NCBI GenBank assembly: GCA_964478735.1
Contig: CAYZJB010000012.1
Location: 1,269-65,268 of the forward strand
Direction of reading: 5' to 3'
Source of the DNA: an uncultured Bacteroidota bacterium
GTDB taxonomy: Bacteria > CLD3 > SB21
DNA length: 64,000 nucleotides
Shown: positions 48,272 through 58,004 of the stretch, piece after piece
Layout of the letters: every line of letters begins with the position of its first letter
How positions within the stretch are numbered: position 1 is the first letter of the stretch
Made by a program: the position numbers and the translations under genes
Notes under the pieces: generated by a model
Told to the model about the DNA's origin: nothing
The model's database searches: none
What the model saw: only the letters and a program-made list of their open reading frames with translations

Positions 48272-48799
48272 ATGCAAAATGGTTTTTCACAATTCGACAC
48301 GCGCCTCTTCTTTCTGATTTTTCATCTCGATCGCAGGGCGTGGATGACCGGGGTATTCAAAGTTTTTTCACGAACCGCCGACGGCCATTGGTACGGTGCC
48401 GTACCTTTGTTGGCGCTGCTGATCGATGCGACATCCGGCTTCGTTTTGGCCCTTGCGGGCATCGTGGCGTACGGAATCGAAATACCCGTTTATCACCTCG
48501 TCAAAAGCAAGACGCGCCGCCAGCGTCCTTTTCGATCCCTACCCAATGTCCAGTGGCGGATCTGGCCGCCGGATGAATTCAGCTTTCCCAGCGGTCATAC
48601 GGCCGGCGCCGTCATCATGGCAACGTTACTCGGCTCGCTTTATCCGTGGCTCACCCCCGTCGTTATCCTGTGGGCGATCGGCGTTGCGCTATCGCGCGTT
48701 TATCTTGGCGTTCATTACCCTTCCGATGTCCTTGCCGGCACGGCCCTGGGGTACGTCTGTGCAAAAATGGGCCTCTACGTCGGTTTCTTCGTTCTTTAG
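48272..48799 (+). CDS. PAP2-family membrane phosphatase.
   Basis: The three PAP2 motifs are KTRRQRPF (KxxxxxxRP), PSGH, and SRVYLGVHYPSD (SRxxxxxHxxxD). The start codon choice is uncertain. Confidence 0.8.
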   Translation: MQNGFSQFDTRLFFLIFHLDRRAWMTGVFKVFSRTADGHWYGAVPLLALLIDATSGFVLALAGIVAYGIEIPVYHLVKSKTRRQRPFRSLPNVQWRIWPPDEFSFPSGHTAGAVIMATLLGSLYPWLTPVVILWAIGVALSRVYLGVHYPSDVLAGTALGYVCAKMGLYVGFFVL

Positions 48800-48874
48800 C
48801 ACTCGTTCATCCCAAAACCGGGCATAATTCCACGACCTTCGGCGTTATTTTTAAAATTAAAACCGGAGGTTGTA

Positions 48875-49869
48875 TGGCATTGACGCTTATTTCCTCGCCG
48901 CTCGGCCACAATACGTTTTCACAACCGAAACCAACCGACGATTCGGGCCTTCTCGACGCGTATTCCGAAGCCGTAATGACGGCCGCGGAGCGCATCAGTT
49001 CCTCAGTGGTCAAAATCGATGTCCGTCAAAAAGGCCGTCGGGGCGGCAGCGGTTCGGGGTTTCTATTTACGCCGGACGGATTCATGTTCACCAACAGTCA
49101 CGTCGTGCACGGTGCGTCCTCGATCATCGTTCACCTGTACGACGGACGGCGGCTGGAGGCCACGCTGATCGGCGACGATCCCGACACGGACATTGCCGTC
49201 ATTCGCGTGGATTCGACCGAACTCATCAGTGCCGTACTGGCGGATTCATCCACGGTTCGCGTGGGTCAGGTAGCGATCGCCGTCGGCAACCCGTACGGTT
49301 TTCAATGCACGGTAACCGCTGGCGTCGTCAGCGCTCTCGGACGGTCCCTGCGTACGCAGAACGGCCGACTGATCGATAACGTGATCCAGACGGATGCCGC
49401 GCTCAATCCCGGAAATTCCGGCGGACCGCTGGTCAATTCGCGCGGAGAAGTCATCGGTGTCAATACCGCCGTGATCCGGCCAGCCCAGGGTATCTGTTTT
49501 GCTATTGCCATCAATACGGCACAGCGTATTGCCATGCAACTGATGTCCGAAGGACGAATCTCCCGGGCGTATCTGGGTGCGGCGGGACAAGACACTCCGA
49601 TCCCCAGATGGTTTGTCAAAAATTTTCTACTCAACACCACATCGGGGTTCCTGATCACGTCCGTCGAACGTGGCAGTCCGGCGGAACGTTGCGGACTGAA
49701 AGAGGGCGACGTGATGGTACGGTTCGACGACGAGCCGATCCGCGGCGTGGACGATCTGCATCGGCTTTTGACGGGCGCTCGCATCGGCACCCACTGCCGC
49801 ATCGGCGTGCTGCGAAGGTCGGAATTGATCGAGTTGGGTCTGGTTCCCGGTGAGCGCCCGAACCTGTAG
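48875..49869 (+). CDS. S1C-family (HtrA/DegP-like) trypsin-like serine protease with a C-terminal PDZ domain.
   Basis: A GGAGG RBS lies before the ATG at about 48875. The catalytic triad context is TNSHVV, D in DIAVIRV, and GNSGGPL. The PDZ domain reads GFLITSVERGSPAERCGLKEGD. Confidence 0.85.
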
Positions 49870-49919
49870 CTTATGATTTTCAGGCTGTCACGCAGAAAAA
49901 GCAAACCGTAACCCGTCCG

Positions 49920-50708
49920 CTAACGTTTCTTTTTTTTCTTGAGAAGTTCCCTGGCGAGTTCGAGATAAGCTTTGGATCCGGCGGAACGGGCATCGTACAG
50001 GATCGCGGGGAGACCGTGAAATACGGCTTCTCCCAATTTGACGTTCTTCGGAATTTTGATATCGAAAACCACTTCTTTGAAAACGAGCCGGGCTTCATCC
50101 TCCGTCCTCTGGCTGATGTTGGTTCCCTGTTCGTACATTGTAAGCAGAATGCCCTCGATTTTCAGCCCCTTGTTCATCCCGTCCTGAATTTTTCGGATGA
50201 CTTTCATGAGCCGGTTCATCGCCTTGAGCGACAGAAAGCCGCATTGGAGTGGAATCAGGATCGAATCGGATGCGGCCAGGGCGCCGACGGTAATGTTGCT
50301 CACGAAGGGCGGACAATCGATGATGATGTAGTCGTAGGAATGGTTCAGGTAGTTCCGGACCAAGCGCAACCGCGCCAGTTTTCCGGCGTACGAAAAAAGT
50401 TCTTCCTCTTCTTCGCTCGACCACACGTTGGCGGGCATGATGGCGAGTTTTTCCTGCGCCGTCGGATAGATCGCTTCCTGGATCAGTTCCTCGCTGATCC
50501 CATCGGCATGGCGGTAGAGATCGAAGACCCCCTGTTTGATCTGTTCTTTCTGTACGCCGAGACCGACCGCGGCGGCACCCGACGGATCGGTGTCGATCAC
50601 GAGTGCTTTTTTGCCCAGATGCGCGAGAGAGGCCGCCAGATTGATCGCAGTCGTGGTCTTCCCCACTCCGCCTTTGGGATTGGCTATGGCGACGACATGG
50701 GCCATCAA
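49920..50708 (-). CDS. ParA/MinD-family deviant Walker-A ATPase, ParC/PpfA-like by context.
   Basis: The deviant Walker A is KGGVGKTT. Its start overlaps the stop of the CheA-like gene by 4 nt. Confidence 0.85.
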   Translation of the reverse strand: MMAHVVAIANPKGGVGKTTTAINLAASLAHLGKKALVIDTDPSGAAAVGLGVQKEQIKQGVFDLYRHADGISEELIQEAIYPTAQEKLAIMPANVWSSEEEEELFSYAGKLARLRLVRNYLNHSYDYIIIDCPPFVSNITVGALAASDSILIPLQCGFLSLKAMNRLMKVIRKIQDGMNKGLKIEGILLTMYEQGTNISQRTEDEARLVFKEVVFDIKIPKNVKLGEAVFHGLPAILYDARSAGSKAYLELARELLKKKKKR

Positions 50709-52915
50709 TTCGCTCTCTGGGTTTCAAGAAATTGCCGGACCGAAGCTTCCGTCTGCTGGGCCAGCTCGCCCAGTTCCATCGGATCGATAAAAAGCCCGAT
50801 GTTTCCGTCCGCCAGCACGGCGCCCCCTGTGAACACCTGCCCCGCCTGAAGCAAATCGTCGAGCGGCTTGACGGCAATGTCGTCCGTTCCGATCACTTCG
50901 TCCACAAGCAGCCCTGTCGGCTTGACGGGCGTATCAACGATGAGGATCGTACGTCCGGTCGCGGATTGTTCGGGATGTACCAGCTGGTGGAGTGGAATCA
51001 CCATGATCAATTTTGCTTCATGCCTTAGCATGCGATGTCCGTGGACGCTCAACAGCTGGTCTTCAGCGGCCGACCGCGTGTCGTTGACGGCAAAAGACGG
51101 GATGACGTAGTGGTCGGCGCCGGATTTCAGGATGACGACGTTGGCGAATGTCTGCCGTTTGGGGATCCGAATGGCCCACCCCGGAGATTCCATTCGAATC
51201 TCGCAGCGCAACCGATCGAGCCCACGAACAATGAAATCATGTATACCCTGCGGGACCTCGTTGCGATATTGCAAAAGATCTTTGACAAACCGGTCAAGCC
51301 GTTCGCGGCGCGTGGACGCGGTTCCGGCGAGTGTTGCCATCAGGTCGACCCATCCCCGGCTGGCATCGGCCGATCTGAAGACAAAATCGTACGCATAGGG
51401 CGATTCATGCAGGGCGAGTTCAATTTCCACCGATTCATCACCGACAATCCGGTCGACAAACTGCCGCACCAGTTCGAGCAACGGATTCTCCAGGTCCTCG
51501 ACGAGTGCAAGTTCCATCCGCGTATCATGATCGTCGATCCAGACCTGAACGGACGCACGGCGCTTTTTCCCGACGCGCACGATCTCGCGTTCGAGCCGGT
51601 TGAGCAGGAGCCGTCCTTCGATGCGTTGAACGGTATCCGCGGCCTTCACCAGCCGTCGGGTCAATTTGGTCAACTGTCCCGTCACGTCATCCAGCGTGTG
51701 AGAAACCTGGCGGTTGTTTCCATCTTCACGCACCTCTCGGCTCAGGGCGGCCAGGGTGGAACGCAAGGCGGTCAGGTCGGCGGCCACGTCAATGATTTCC
51801 GGGATACGTTCGGTTTCCACCAACGTACGGTAAGGCAGGACATACTCCGTATCGAGAAACCGGTACATTTGTTTGTCGGTCTGCCACGCGTTCAGATCCC
51901 GGTACACGACACCGTCGTGACCGCTGAAGACTTCGTCCATGACGCCGGTTTCCGTGGCCAGCACGTGCGCGAGCTGCAGAAAATCGTCCAGCAGATCGGC
52001 CGCTTCATTGGGATCCCGGAATTTCCGCGTCAACCGCTTCAGCGATTCCATTGCCGACGATAGCGCAAGTTTGCGAAATTGTCGGCTTAATTCTTCGACG
52101 TTGCTTCGCCATGCTTCATTCAACCCCTTCGTGCGCCGCGACTGTTCAATGTGGCGAATGAGAAATCGTAGATTGTTCATGGCCACACGCAAGTCCGGAA
52201 ACAGCGGCCGCAAATCGATTGTTTTGCCGTTGCGGGTCAACTCGAGCGGGCGGCCCGCCTGGGTTAATTGACCGAGCGTCTGAAGATCACGTTGGATCTC
52301 CTCGATCTGCGTGTCATCGACGGGACCTGCGATCAACTGACGGTGCCTCTGTAACATGTCGTGCAACCCGGGAAATTCGAAGTCGCGCAATGAAAAGATC
52401 AGGTTGTCCAGCGAATCGAGATAGACCGTGCGTTGCGTGGCGCTCTTCAGGTTATCCGCCAGATTGTGAAAAATATCGAGATGAATCTCCATTACGTGAG
52501 CAATCTTACGTTGCAATTCGACGTCCATCGATCGCATGGAGGCCCCGAGCGATTGGCGTAGCGGTGTAAAACCTCCCTCCGCACGGTCGGATCCTGACGC
52601 CGCTCCCTTGGCAGAATCGAGCCACCGTGTGACGCGCTCTTCGATATCATCGAGAAGATCATCAGACGGTAATTCCCGCGCGCTCAGCAGGACCCGCCGG
52701 ATCGCGTCGTAGCCCTGGTATTCTGCAAATGTGATGAGGTCGTCGAGCAATGACCGGACCGTACCCATCGTCGGCGCCGCACTCTTTCGCCGGGCCTTAT
52801 GGACTTCACGTAACAGGCTCTCCAGAATGTGATGGGCGTCGTCCGCAAAGCGGATCTCTTCGACGCGGACACGTTCCGAGCTCATTCGGCCTTTCTTCGC
52901 ATAGGCAAAATCCAA
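50705..52915 (-). CDS. CheA-derived protein with a conserved C-terminal CheW-like (P5) domain but degenerate ATP-binding and HPt motifs. Predicted to be a non-catalytic array scaffold.
   Basis: The N-box-like region is NPLLELVRQFVDRIVGDE, against the CheA N-box DPLxHLVRNSxDHGIE. SPGWAIRIPKRQTFANVVILKSGADHYVIP aligns to CheA GTGTTIRILLPLTLAILDGMSVRVADEVFILP. TILIVDTPVKPTGLLVDEVIGTDDIAVKPL aligns to IVVILQSGGRRYALLVDQLIGQHQVVVKNL. G1 reads DASRG and G2 reads PQGIHD. Confidence 0.65.
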   Translation of the reverse strand: MDFAYAKKGRMSSERVRVEEIRFADDAHHILESLLREVHKARRKSAAPTMGTVRSLLDDLITFAEYQGYDAIRRVLLSARELPSDDLLDDIEERVTRWLDSAKGAASGSDRAEGGFTPLRQSLGASMRSMDVELQRKIAHVMEIHLDIFHNLADNLKSATQRTVYLDSLDNLIFSLRDFEFPGLHDMLQRHRQLIAGPVDDTQIEEIQRDLQTLGQLTQAGRPLELTRNGKTIDLRPLFPDLRVAMNNLRFLIRHIEQSRRTKGLNEAWRSNVEELSRQFRKLALSSAMESLKRLTRKFRDPNEAADLLDDFLQLAHVLATETGVMDEVFSGHDGVVYRDLNAWQTDKQMYRFLDTEYVLPYRTLVETERIPEIIDVAADLTALRSTLAALSREVREDGNNRQVSHTLDDVTGQLTKLTRRLVKAADTVQRIEGRLLLNRLEREIVRVGKKRRASVQVWIDDHDTRMELALVEDLENPLLELVRQFVDRIVGDESVEIELALHESPYAYDFVFRSADASRGWVDLMATLAGTASTRRERLDRFVKDLLQYRNEVPQGIHDFIVRGLDRLRCEIRMESPGWAIRIPKRQTFANVVILKSGADHYVIPSFAVNDTRSAAEDQLLSVHGHRMLRHEAKLIMVIPLHQLVHPEQSATGRTILIVDTPVKPTGLLVDEVIGTDDIAVKPLDDLLQAGQVFTGGAVLADGNIGLFIDPMELGELAQQTEASVRQFLETQRAN

Positions 52916-52993
52916 GCTTTCGACACGCCGGCTCCCGTCGTTTCCGGGTCAAAATCGTTGTCGCCATGGAGGGGCTTCACAAACGGCATCACG

Positions 52994-54868
52994 TTAATAC
53001 GACTTCCCGACCTTGAATTTTTTAAGCACGACGGAAAAATCCTGTACGGCCTGACGTATCTTGTGTACGTTTTCCTGCTGCATGACCCCGATGTCGCCCG
53101 CGCTTTTGGAGGCGAGCAGCGTGCCGTCGAGGACTTCCGTCGTGCGCGATAATTTGATCGCGTGCGTTTTCGCCAGGTGCGCCGACGCCTTGAGTTCGTT
53201 TTTTAACCCTTCGATCGCCTGATCCTGTTGATCGAACCACGCGATAAATTTGCGCAAACTTTCCGTCAATGTTTCGCCCTCGGTGGAAACCGCCTGAATT
53301 TTTGCTTGAACGGACTGGATGCGGTCCATCACGTCGCCCGTCTTCGAGTCGACGTCACGGTAACTTTCTTCGATGGCGGCCGTGACTTTTTCAAGCTCCC
53401 GCAGGACGCGGTCCGCAATGTCGGAGCGGTCTTCATACGCGTGAACGTACTCGCTCAGGTCCTGCGAAGCCGCTTCGATGTTGCGCGACACCGACACGAG
53501 GTTTTCGACGAGTTGTTCGCCGGCCTCGACGCTCGGCAGGCTCCGGTACGTTTCCAGCGAGACGTTCAGCGACAGGACGCGAACGCGATCGGCCGCATCC
53601 TTCGCGTTTTCACGGATTCCGAGCCCGTGATCGATGCGCTGTTTGAGATTCGCGTGAAATTGGTCCACCAGATCGCGAAGATGCGCGCCCGAAGACGTAC
53701 GCTCGACAAATTGCCGCTCCGAATCACGCAGCGCCTGGGCGGCGCTGCTCAGCCGGTGAAGCTCTTTGCGGGCATCGTCGACGGCGGTGACAAAGGCCCG
53801 GGCATGCTGCTGAACCGTCTCGAGCATCGGACCGACTTCCTGCAGCGCGCCTTTGACTTTTTCCATCCCCTCGACTTTCCGAAGGGATTCGCCGAGATCT
53901 TTGACGTTGAGATGCAGGTCGAGGAACATGTCCTCCGCCTGCGATACTTCCTGCACGTGGCGCTGCGTGGCCAGCGTGAATGCCTGAGCCGCTTCATCCA
54001 GCGTCTGGCACGCGTGTGTGATTGTTCCCACCCGTTCGTTCAGCGTACGAATTTCCTTATCATACTGGGCCAGCAGATCGTTGATTCCGTACGCAATGTC
54101 GTTGGCTTCGTCGTAGGCGTTCAGCTCCAGTCGCGGGGTCAGATCGAGCCCGATCTGCTGAATGAAGGTACGGGCCGATTTCAACGGACGAACCAGGGAT
54201 CGCGCGATCAGCGCCGAAAAAATCGCACCGATGGCCACGGCAACGATCGCCGTCCACCACAGGGAGGATTGAAGTCCCGCCGTCGAAGTCGACGCCGATT
54301 GCAAGACGGCCTTGTGCTGCTGAACCGCAATCGCCTGCAGCGACTCCAACCGAATGCTCACGTCCGCTTTGAGCGATCGAACCTCGCGCAGCAATTCATC
54401 GCGTTCGTTGAGCAGCACCTGTTGCGAAATCGGTCCGACGGTTTCCAGCCGTACCCGATGCTTGAACATGGCCTGCCCCGCCATCGCGTCGTACCGTTCA
54501 ACGGCGCGCTGCGCCTTGACCACGGCTTCCTGGATCTGAATGTCCGCTTCGTGCTGAGGCCGCTGCCCGATCCGTAATAAGGTTTCCGTCAATTTTTTGA
54601 GCAGGTCGACGCGTCGCTCGCCGATGAGGGCCACCTGATCCTTGTCCGTCTCGGCCATGTATGCATCAAGGTTATTGGAAATGGAGAACATGAGGGCGCT
54701 GCAGTCGTATGCATCTTTCAGAAGCGCCGCTTCCGGCGAGATCCGCTGGAGCGATTCGCCCGTCCAACGCGCGTTCAACCACGTCACGAGCGTGCCGACC
54801 AGAATGATCACGGCCATGACCGTAAACGTGAGAATAACCTTGAGCTGAATGCTTACCTGGTGAAGCAT
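52994..54868 (-). CDS. Divergent methyl-accepting-chemotaxis-like transducer: TM, periplasmic domain, TM, HAMP, then a long coiled-coil signalling domain.
   Basis: Two TM segments are present, the second LWWTAIVAVAIGAIFSALIA. The HAMP-like stretch is RSLVRPLKSARTFIQQIG. RVRVLSLNVSLETYRS...VEAGEQ resembles the MCP core [20 protein letters not shown] only loosely. Confidence 0.65.
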   Translation of the reverse strand: MLHQVSIQLKVILTFTVMAVIILVGTLVTWLNARWTGESLQRISPEAALLKDAYDCSALMFSISNNLDAYMAETDKDQVALIGERRVDLLKKLTETLLRIGQRPQHEADIQIQEAVVKAQRAVERYDAMAGQAMFKHRVRLETVGPISQQVLLNERDELLREVRSLKADVSIRLESLQAIAVQQHKAVLQSASTSTAGLQSSLWWTAIVAVAIGAIFSALIARSLVRPLKSARTFIQQIGLDLTPRLELNAYDEANDIAYGINDLLAQYDKEIRTLNERVGTITHACQTLDEAAQAFTLATQRHVQEVSQAEDMFLDLHLNVKDLGESLRKVEGMEKVKGALQEVGPMLETVQQHARAFVTAVDDARKELHRLSSAAQALRDSERQFVERTSSGAHLRDLVDQFHANLKQRIDHGLGIRENAKDAADRVRVLSLNVSLETYRSLPSVEAGEQLVENLVSVSRNIEAASQDLSEYVHAYEDRSDIADRVLRELEKVTAAIEESYRDVDSKTGDVMDRIQSVQAKIQAVSTEGETLTESLRKFIAWFDQQDQAIEGLKNELKASAHLAKTHAIKLSRTTEVLDGTLLASKSAGDIGVMQQENVHKIRQAVQDFSVVLKKFKVGKSY

Positions 54869-54874
54869 GAGAAC

Positions 54875-55297
54875 CTATTGCGGTCCAAGAACGCCGATTC
54901 CCTCGACCAGCGTTGACGGTAAGAGCCGGTAGTAGCGGGTGTCATCGATTACAAATCCATCTCGGCTGATGGGATTCAGTACGACGTCCTCCGACGCCGA
55001 AACTTTCTTTGGCCAGGGTCCGACGTGCCGGACGTCATCGACAAGAACACCGAATGTCCGTTCGCGATGACGTAAAATCAGAATCCGTTTCGTACCGTCG
55101 TTCACCGCTTGGTTTTCAAAAAAACGGGCAAGTCGGATCACGGGAATAAGGCGTCCACGGTAATTCATCAGTCCTTCCATCGTCTCCGGTGTCGTCGATA
55201 GCCGCTTGAGTGGACTTTCGCGTACGATCTCCGTCACATCATTGACGTCCATTACAAAATGAAGTCCGCCGGCAATTAATGTCACTGCGTGGGTCAA
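54875..55297 (-). CDS. cheW: Chemotaxis coupling protein CheW.
   Basis: 140 aa. The CheW pattern is L-x-F-x-L / DVNDVTEIV / NYRGRLIPVIRL. It lies 7 nt from the MCP-like gene. Confidence 0.85.
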   Translation of the reverse strand: MTHAVTLIAGGLHFVMDVNDVTEIVRESPLKRLSTTPETMEGLMNYRGRLIPVIRLARFFENQAVNDGTKRILILRHRERTFGVLVDDVRHVGPWPKKVSASEDVVLNPISRDGFVIDDTRYYRLLPSTLVEGIGVLGPQ

Positions 55298-55403
55298 ACC
55301 GGGGTTTCTCTTGAAGTTGTGCGGAAAATATTAGCAAAAATTGCGAGGGGTGCAAATCAAAAGACGCTCGAACAGGTTTGTTGAAACGGATAACGACAAC
55401 CTG

Positions 55404-55817
55404 CTAAATACCGATCACTTTGACGACAATCCGCTTTTTGCGCTGCCCGTCGAATTCTGCGTAATATATTTGCTGCCAGGGACCCAAATCGAGTCTGCCG
55501 TCCGTGACCGGTACGATGACTTCGTGATGCAGCAGGAGGCTCTTGAGGTGGGCATCGCCGTTGTCTTCTCCCGTTCGATGATGCCGGTAATTTGGGTTGA
55601 CGGGCGCCAGGCGATCCAGCCACTCGTCGATATCTTCGATGAGACCGCTTTCCGCGTCATTGACGTAAACGGCCGCCGTAATGTGCATGGCCGAAACCAG
55701 CGTCATGCCGTCCCGAATGCCGGACGCCGTAACGATCCGTTCCACCTCGCCGGTGATGTTGATATACTCACGGCGCTTACGGGTGTTGAACCAGAGATAA
55801 TCGGTGTGGCTTTTCAT
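55404..55817 (-). CDS. yjbQ: YjbQ/UPF0047-family protein (secondary thiamine-phosphate synthase-like).
   Basis: 137 aa. [13 protein letters not shown] and [15 protein letters not shown] are YjbQ-family blocks. Confidence 0.8.
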   Translation of the reverse strand: MKSHTDYLWFNTRKRREYINITGEVERIVTASGIRDGMTLVSAMHITAAVYVNDAESGLIEDIDEWLDRLAPVNPNYRHHRTGEDNGDAHLKSLLLHHEVIVPVTDGRLDLGPWQQIYYAEFDGQRKKRIVVKVIGI

Positions 55818-55838
55818 GGACGAGTATGAAAAATCGAA

Positions 55839-56609
55839 TCAGTGCACCGTCTGCCCGATTCGACGCCACCGGATGTCGAGAGAATTGGACGGTTCACTGG
55901 ACCAGATGATGGCGAAAGCCTTCCCGATCACGTAATCCATCGGAATGAATCCCCAGTGACGGCTGTCCACGCTGCGGTCGCGATTGTCTCCCATGGCGAA
56001 TACATGACCGGGCGGAACGGTAACCGGGCCGTAATTGTCACGGCTGCCTGCCCCATCGGGATAGACCGCTTCATAGCCTTTGCCTCGCGCAATGATCTCC
56101 GGATCTTCAAATTTGAGTCCGGCCACAACGTTGGCTTCGTCGAGGGCAACACCGTCGACAAACACTTTTTTATCGCGAATTTCCACCGTCTGACCCCCGA
56201 CGGCAATACAGCGTTTGATATAGTTAATACTCGGGTCGGGCGGATATTTGAAAACCAGCACGTCGCCGGGTCTGGGTTCATCGGGCGCGGGCAGCCGCCA
56301 GTGGGGAATCTCGACGTTCGTAAACGGCAACGTCTCCGGTGTGGTCGCACCGTAGATGAATTTATTGACCAGCAACAGGTCGCCGACCAGCAACGTGTTT
56401 TCCATCGACCCGGTCGGGATTTTGAACGGCTGAAATAAAAACGTTTTGATGACATACGAGAAGACCAGCGCAAAAATCAGGATGTGGACCAGTTCGTGCG
56501 TCGCACTCGTTTTTCTCGGCTCCGCCGCGCTGATGTCCGCCGACAAATCTGTTCCCGACGAACTCAATGGAACTTCACTCACCTTCCGCCCTTTCGATCT
56601 AACGGACAA
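55839..56609 (-). CDS. lepB: Signal peptidase I (S26), paralog 1.
   Basis: The catalytic Ser motif is PTGSMENTL. GDNRDRSVDSRHWG contains the catalytic Lys/box E region. Confidence 0.85.
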   Translation of the reverse strand: MSVRSKGRKVSEVPLSSSGTDLSADISAAEPRKTSATHELVHILIFALVFSYVIKTFLFQPFKIPTGSMENTLLVGDLLLVNKFIYGATTPETLPFTNVEIPHWRLPAPDEPRPGDVLVFKYPPDPSINYIKRCIAVGGQTVEIRDKKVFVDGVALDEANVVAGLKFEDPEIIARGKGYEAVYPDGAGSRDNYGPVTVPPGHVFAMGDNRDRSVDSRHWGFIPMDYVIGKAFAIIWSSEPSNSLDIRWRRIGQTVH

Positions 56610-57492
56610 TGGTACCGATCCGGTGCCACTGGACCTTGGTCAAATTCAGCGTGCTCAAAATCTTCAGCACCCACGACGTTTGTTTGGCGGCTTCGACGTT
56701 GGACCAGTAGATAAAGAGGCCTTCCCCGATGATGTGATTACGCGGTACGGGTCCCCAGGCACGGCTGTCCAGGCTATTGTCCCTGTTATCGCCCATCATG
56801 AAATAATAATTCTGGCCGACGGTGTACGTATCCGTCACCTGGCCGTCGACGACGTACTGCGATCCGCGGGCCTCCAGTTTTTTCCCATCGCGCAACGCGA
56901 GGTATTTCACCAACTCAATATGGTCGCGGATTTTGAGAAGGTCTCCTTCCGCAGGCACTCGAAACGGACCGAAATGGTCCATCGTCCCCATCGTCGACGG
57001 AAAGACGTCGCCTTCATTGGCAACGGCCGGATCCATCTGAACGCCCGGAACGTCGAACCGATCGCTGAATTTGACACCGTCGACAAACAGTTCTTTATTC
57101 TTCAACTCGACCGTCTGGCCCGCAACGGCGATGCATCGTTTGATGTAGTCGAGACCCCGTTGATCCGGTTTCAATTCCGCGTGCGGGAATCGAAAAATCA
57201 CGACGTCCCCCTGTTTCGGATCCTTGATGGCCGGCAGACGGAAGCGCGGCAGCATGATGGAGGTAAAGGGCACATTTTCGGGCGATTGGGCCCCGTAAAC
57301 AAATTTATTGACAAACAGAAAATCTCCGACCATCAGCGTATTTTCCATCGAACTGCTCGGAATGCTGAACGCCTGAAGCAAAAACGTCTGAACAAAATAA
57401 AACACGATCAATGCCCATGCCCACGATTTCACTTTTTCTTTGACGGTCTGAGGCGGTTTTTTTTTCCGTTTCCAGGGAAGAACAAATTTCAT
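56599..57492 (-). CDS. lepB: Signal peptidase I (S26), paralog 2, in tandem.
   Basis: IPSSSMENTL and GDNRDNSLDSRAWG. It overlaps paralog 1 by 11 nt and coaD by 4 nt. Confidence 0.85.
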   Translation of the reverse strand: MKFVLPWKRKKKPPQTVKEKVKSWAWALIVFYFVQTFLLQAFSIPSSSMENTLMVGDFLFVNKFVYGAQSPENVPFTSIMLPRFRLPAIKDPKQGDVVIFRFPHAELKPDQRGLDYIKRCIAVAGQTVELKNKELFVDGVKFSDRFDVPGVQMDPAVANEGDVFPSTMGTMDHFGPFRVPAEGDLLKIRDHIELVKYLALRDGKKLEARGSQYVVDGQVTDTYTVGQNYYFMMGDNRDNSLDSRAWGPVPRNHIIGEGLFIYWSNVEAAKQTSWVLKILSTLNLTKVQWHRIGTIVR

Positions 57493-57983
57493 GCGTTGAC
57501 TTCTTTCTTGGCTAGTTTGGCCCTGACATGGTCTGCCACCGATGGGGGAACGAAATCCGTCAGGGGACCGTCAAAGAGCGCTATTTCTTTGACGATGGTC
57601 GAATTGAGATACGTATACTTTTCTCCCGGCATCATGAACACGGTGGCCAGTTGAGGCGCCAGCTTGCGATTGACCAGTGCCATCTGGAATTCGTACTCGA
57701 AATCCGAAATGACCCGTAACCCTCGAATCAATGCCGAAGCATTTTTGCGTTTGGCATAGTCCACAATCAATCCGTCAAAACTGTCGACGTCGACATTTTT
57801 CATATCGGCACACACGGTCCGGATCATCTCCACGCGCTCCGCCGCGTCGAACAACGGAGTCTTTTTTGTATTTTTTGCCACCGTCACGACGACGCGGTCA
57901 AACAGGTGGACCGCTCGCTCAATGATGTCCAGATGGCCCAGCGTGATCGGGTCAAACGTTCCCGGATATATGGCCGTCTTCAT
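57489..57983 (-). CDS. coaD: Phosphopantetheine adenylyltransferase.
   Basis: The N-terminus AIYPGTFDPITLGHLDII is the CoaD signature, including the HxGH-type motif. Confidence 0.9.
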   Translation of the reverse strand: MKTAIYPGTFDPITLGHLDIIERAVHLFDRVVVTVAKNTKKTPLFDAAERVEMIRTVCADMKNVDVDSFDGLIVDYAKRKNASALIRGLRVISDFEYEFQMALVNRKLAPQLATVFMMPGEKYTYLNSTIVKEIALFDGPLTDFVPPSVADHVRAKLAKKEVNA

Positions 57984-58004
57984 ACGCCCGATTGCACCAT
58001 AAGG

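Noticed and set aside
53228-54577. 449-aa plus-strand ORF
   Set aside because: It is antisense to the MCP-like gene. Its composition is R-rich and low-complexity, typical of a GC-rich reverse frame.
56446-57654. 402-aa plus-strand ORF
   Set aside because: It is antisense to the two signal peptidase I genes.
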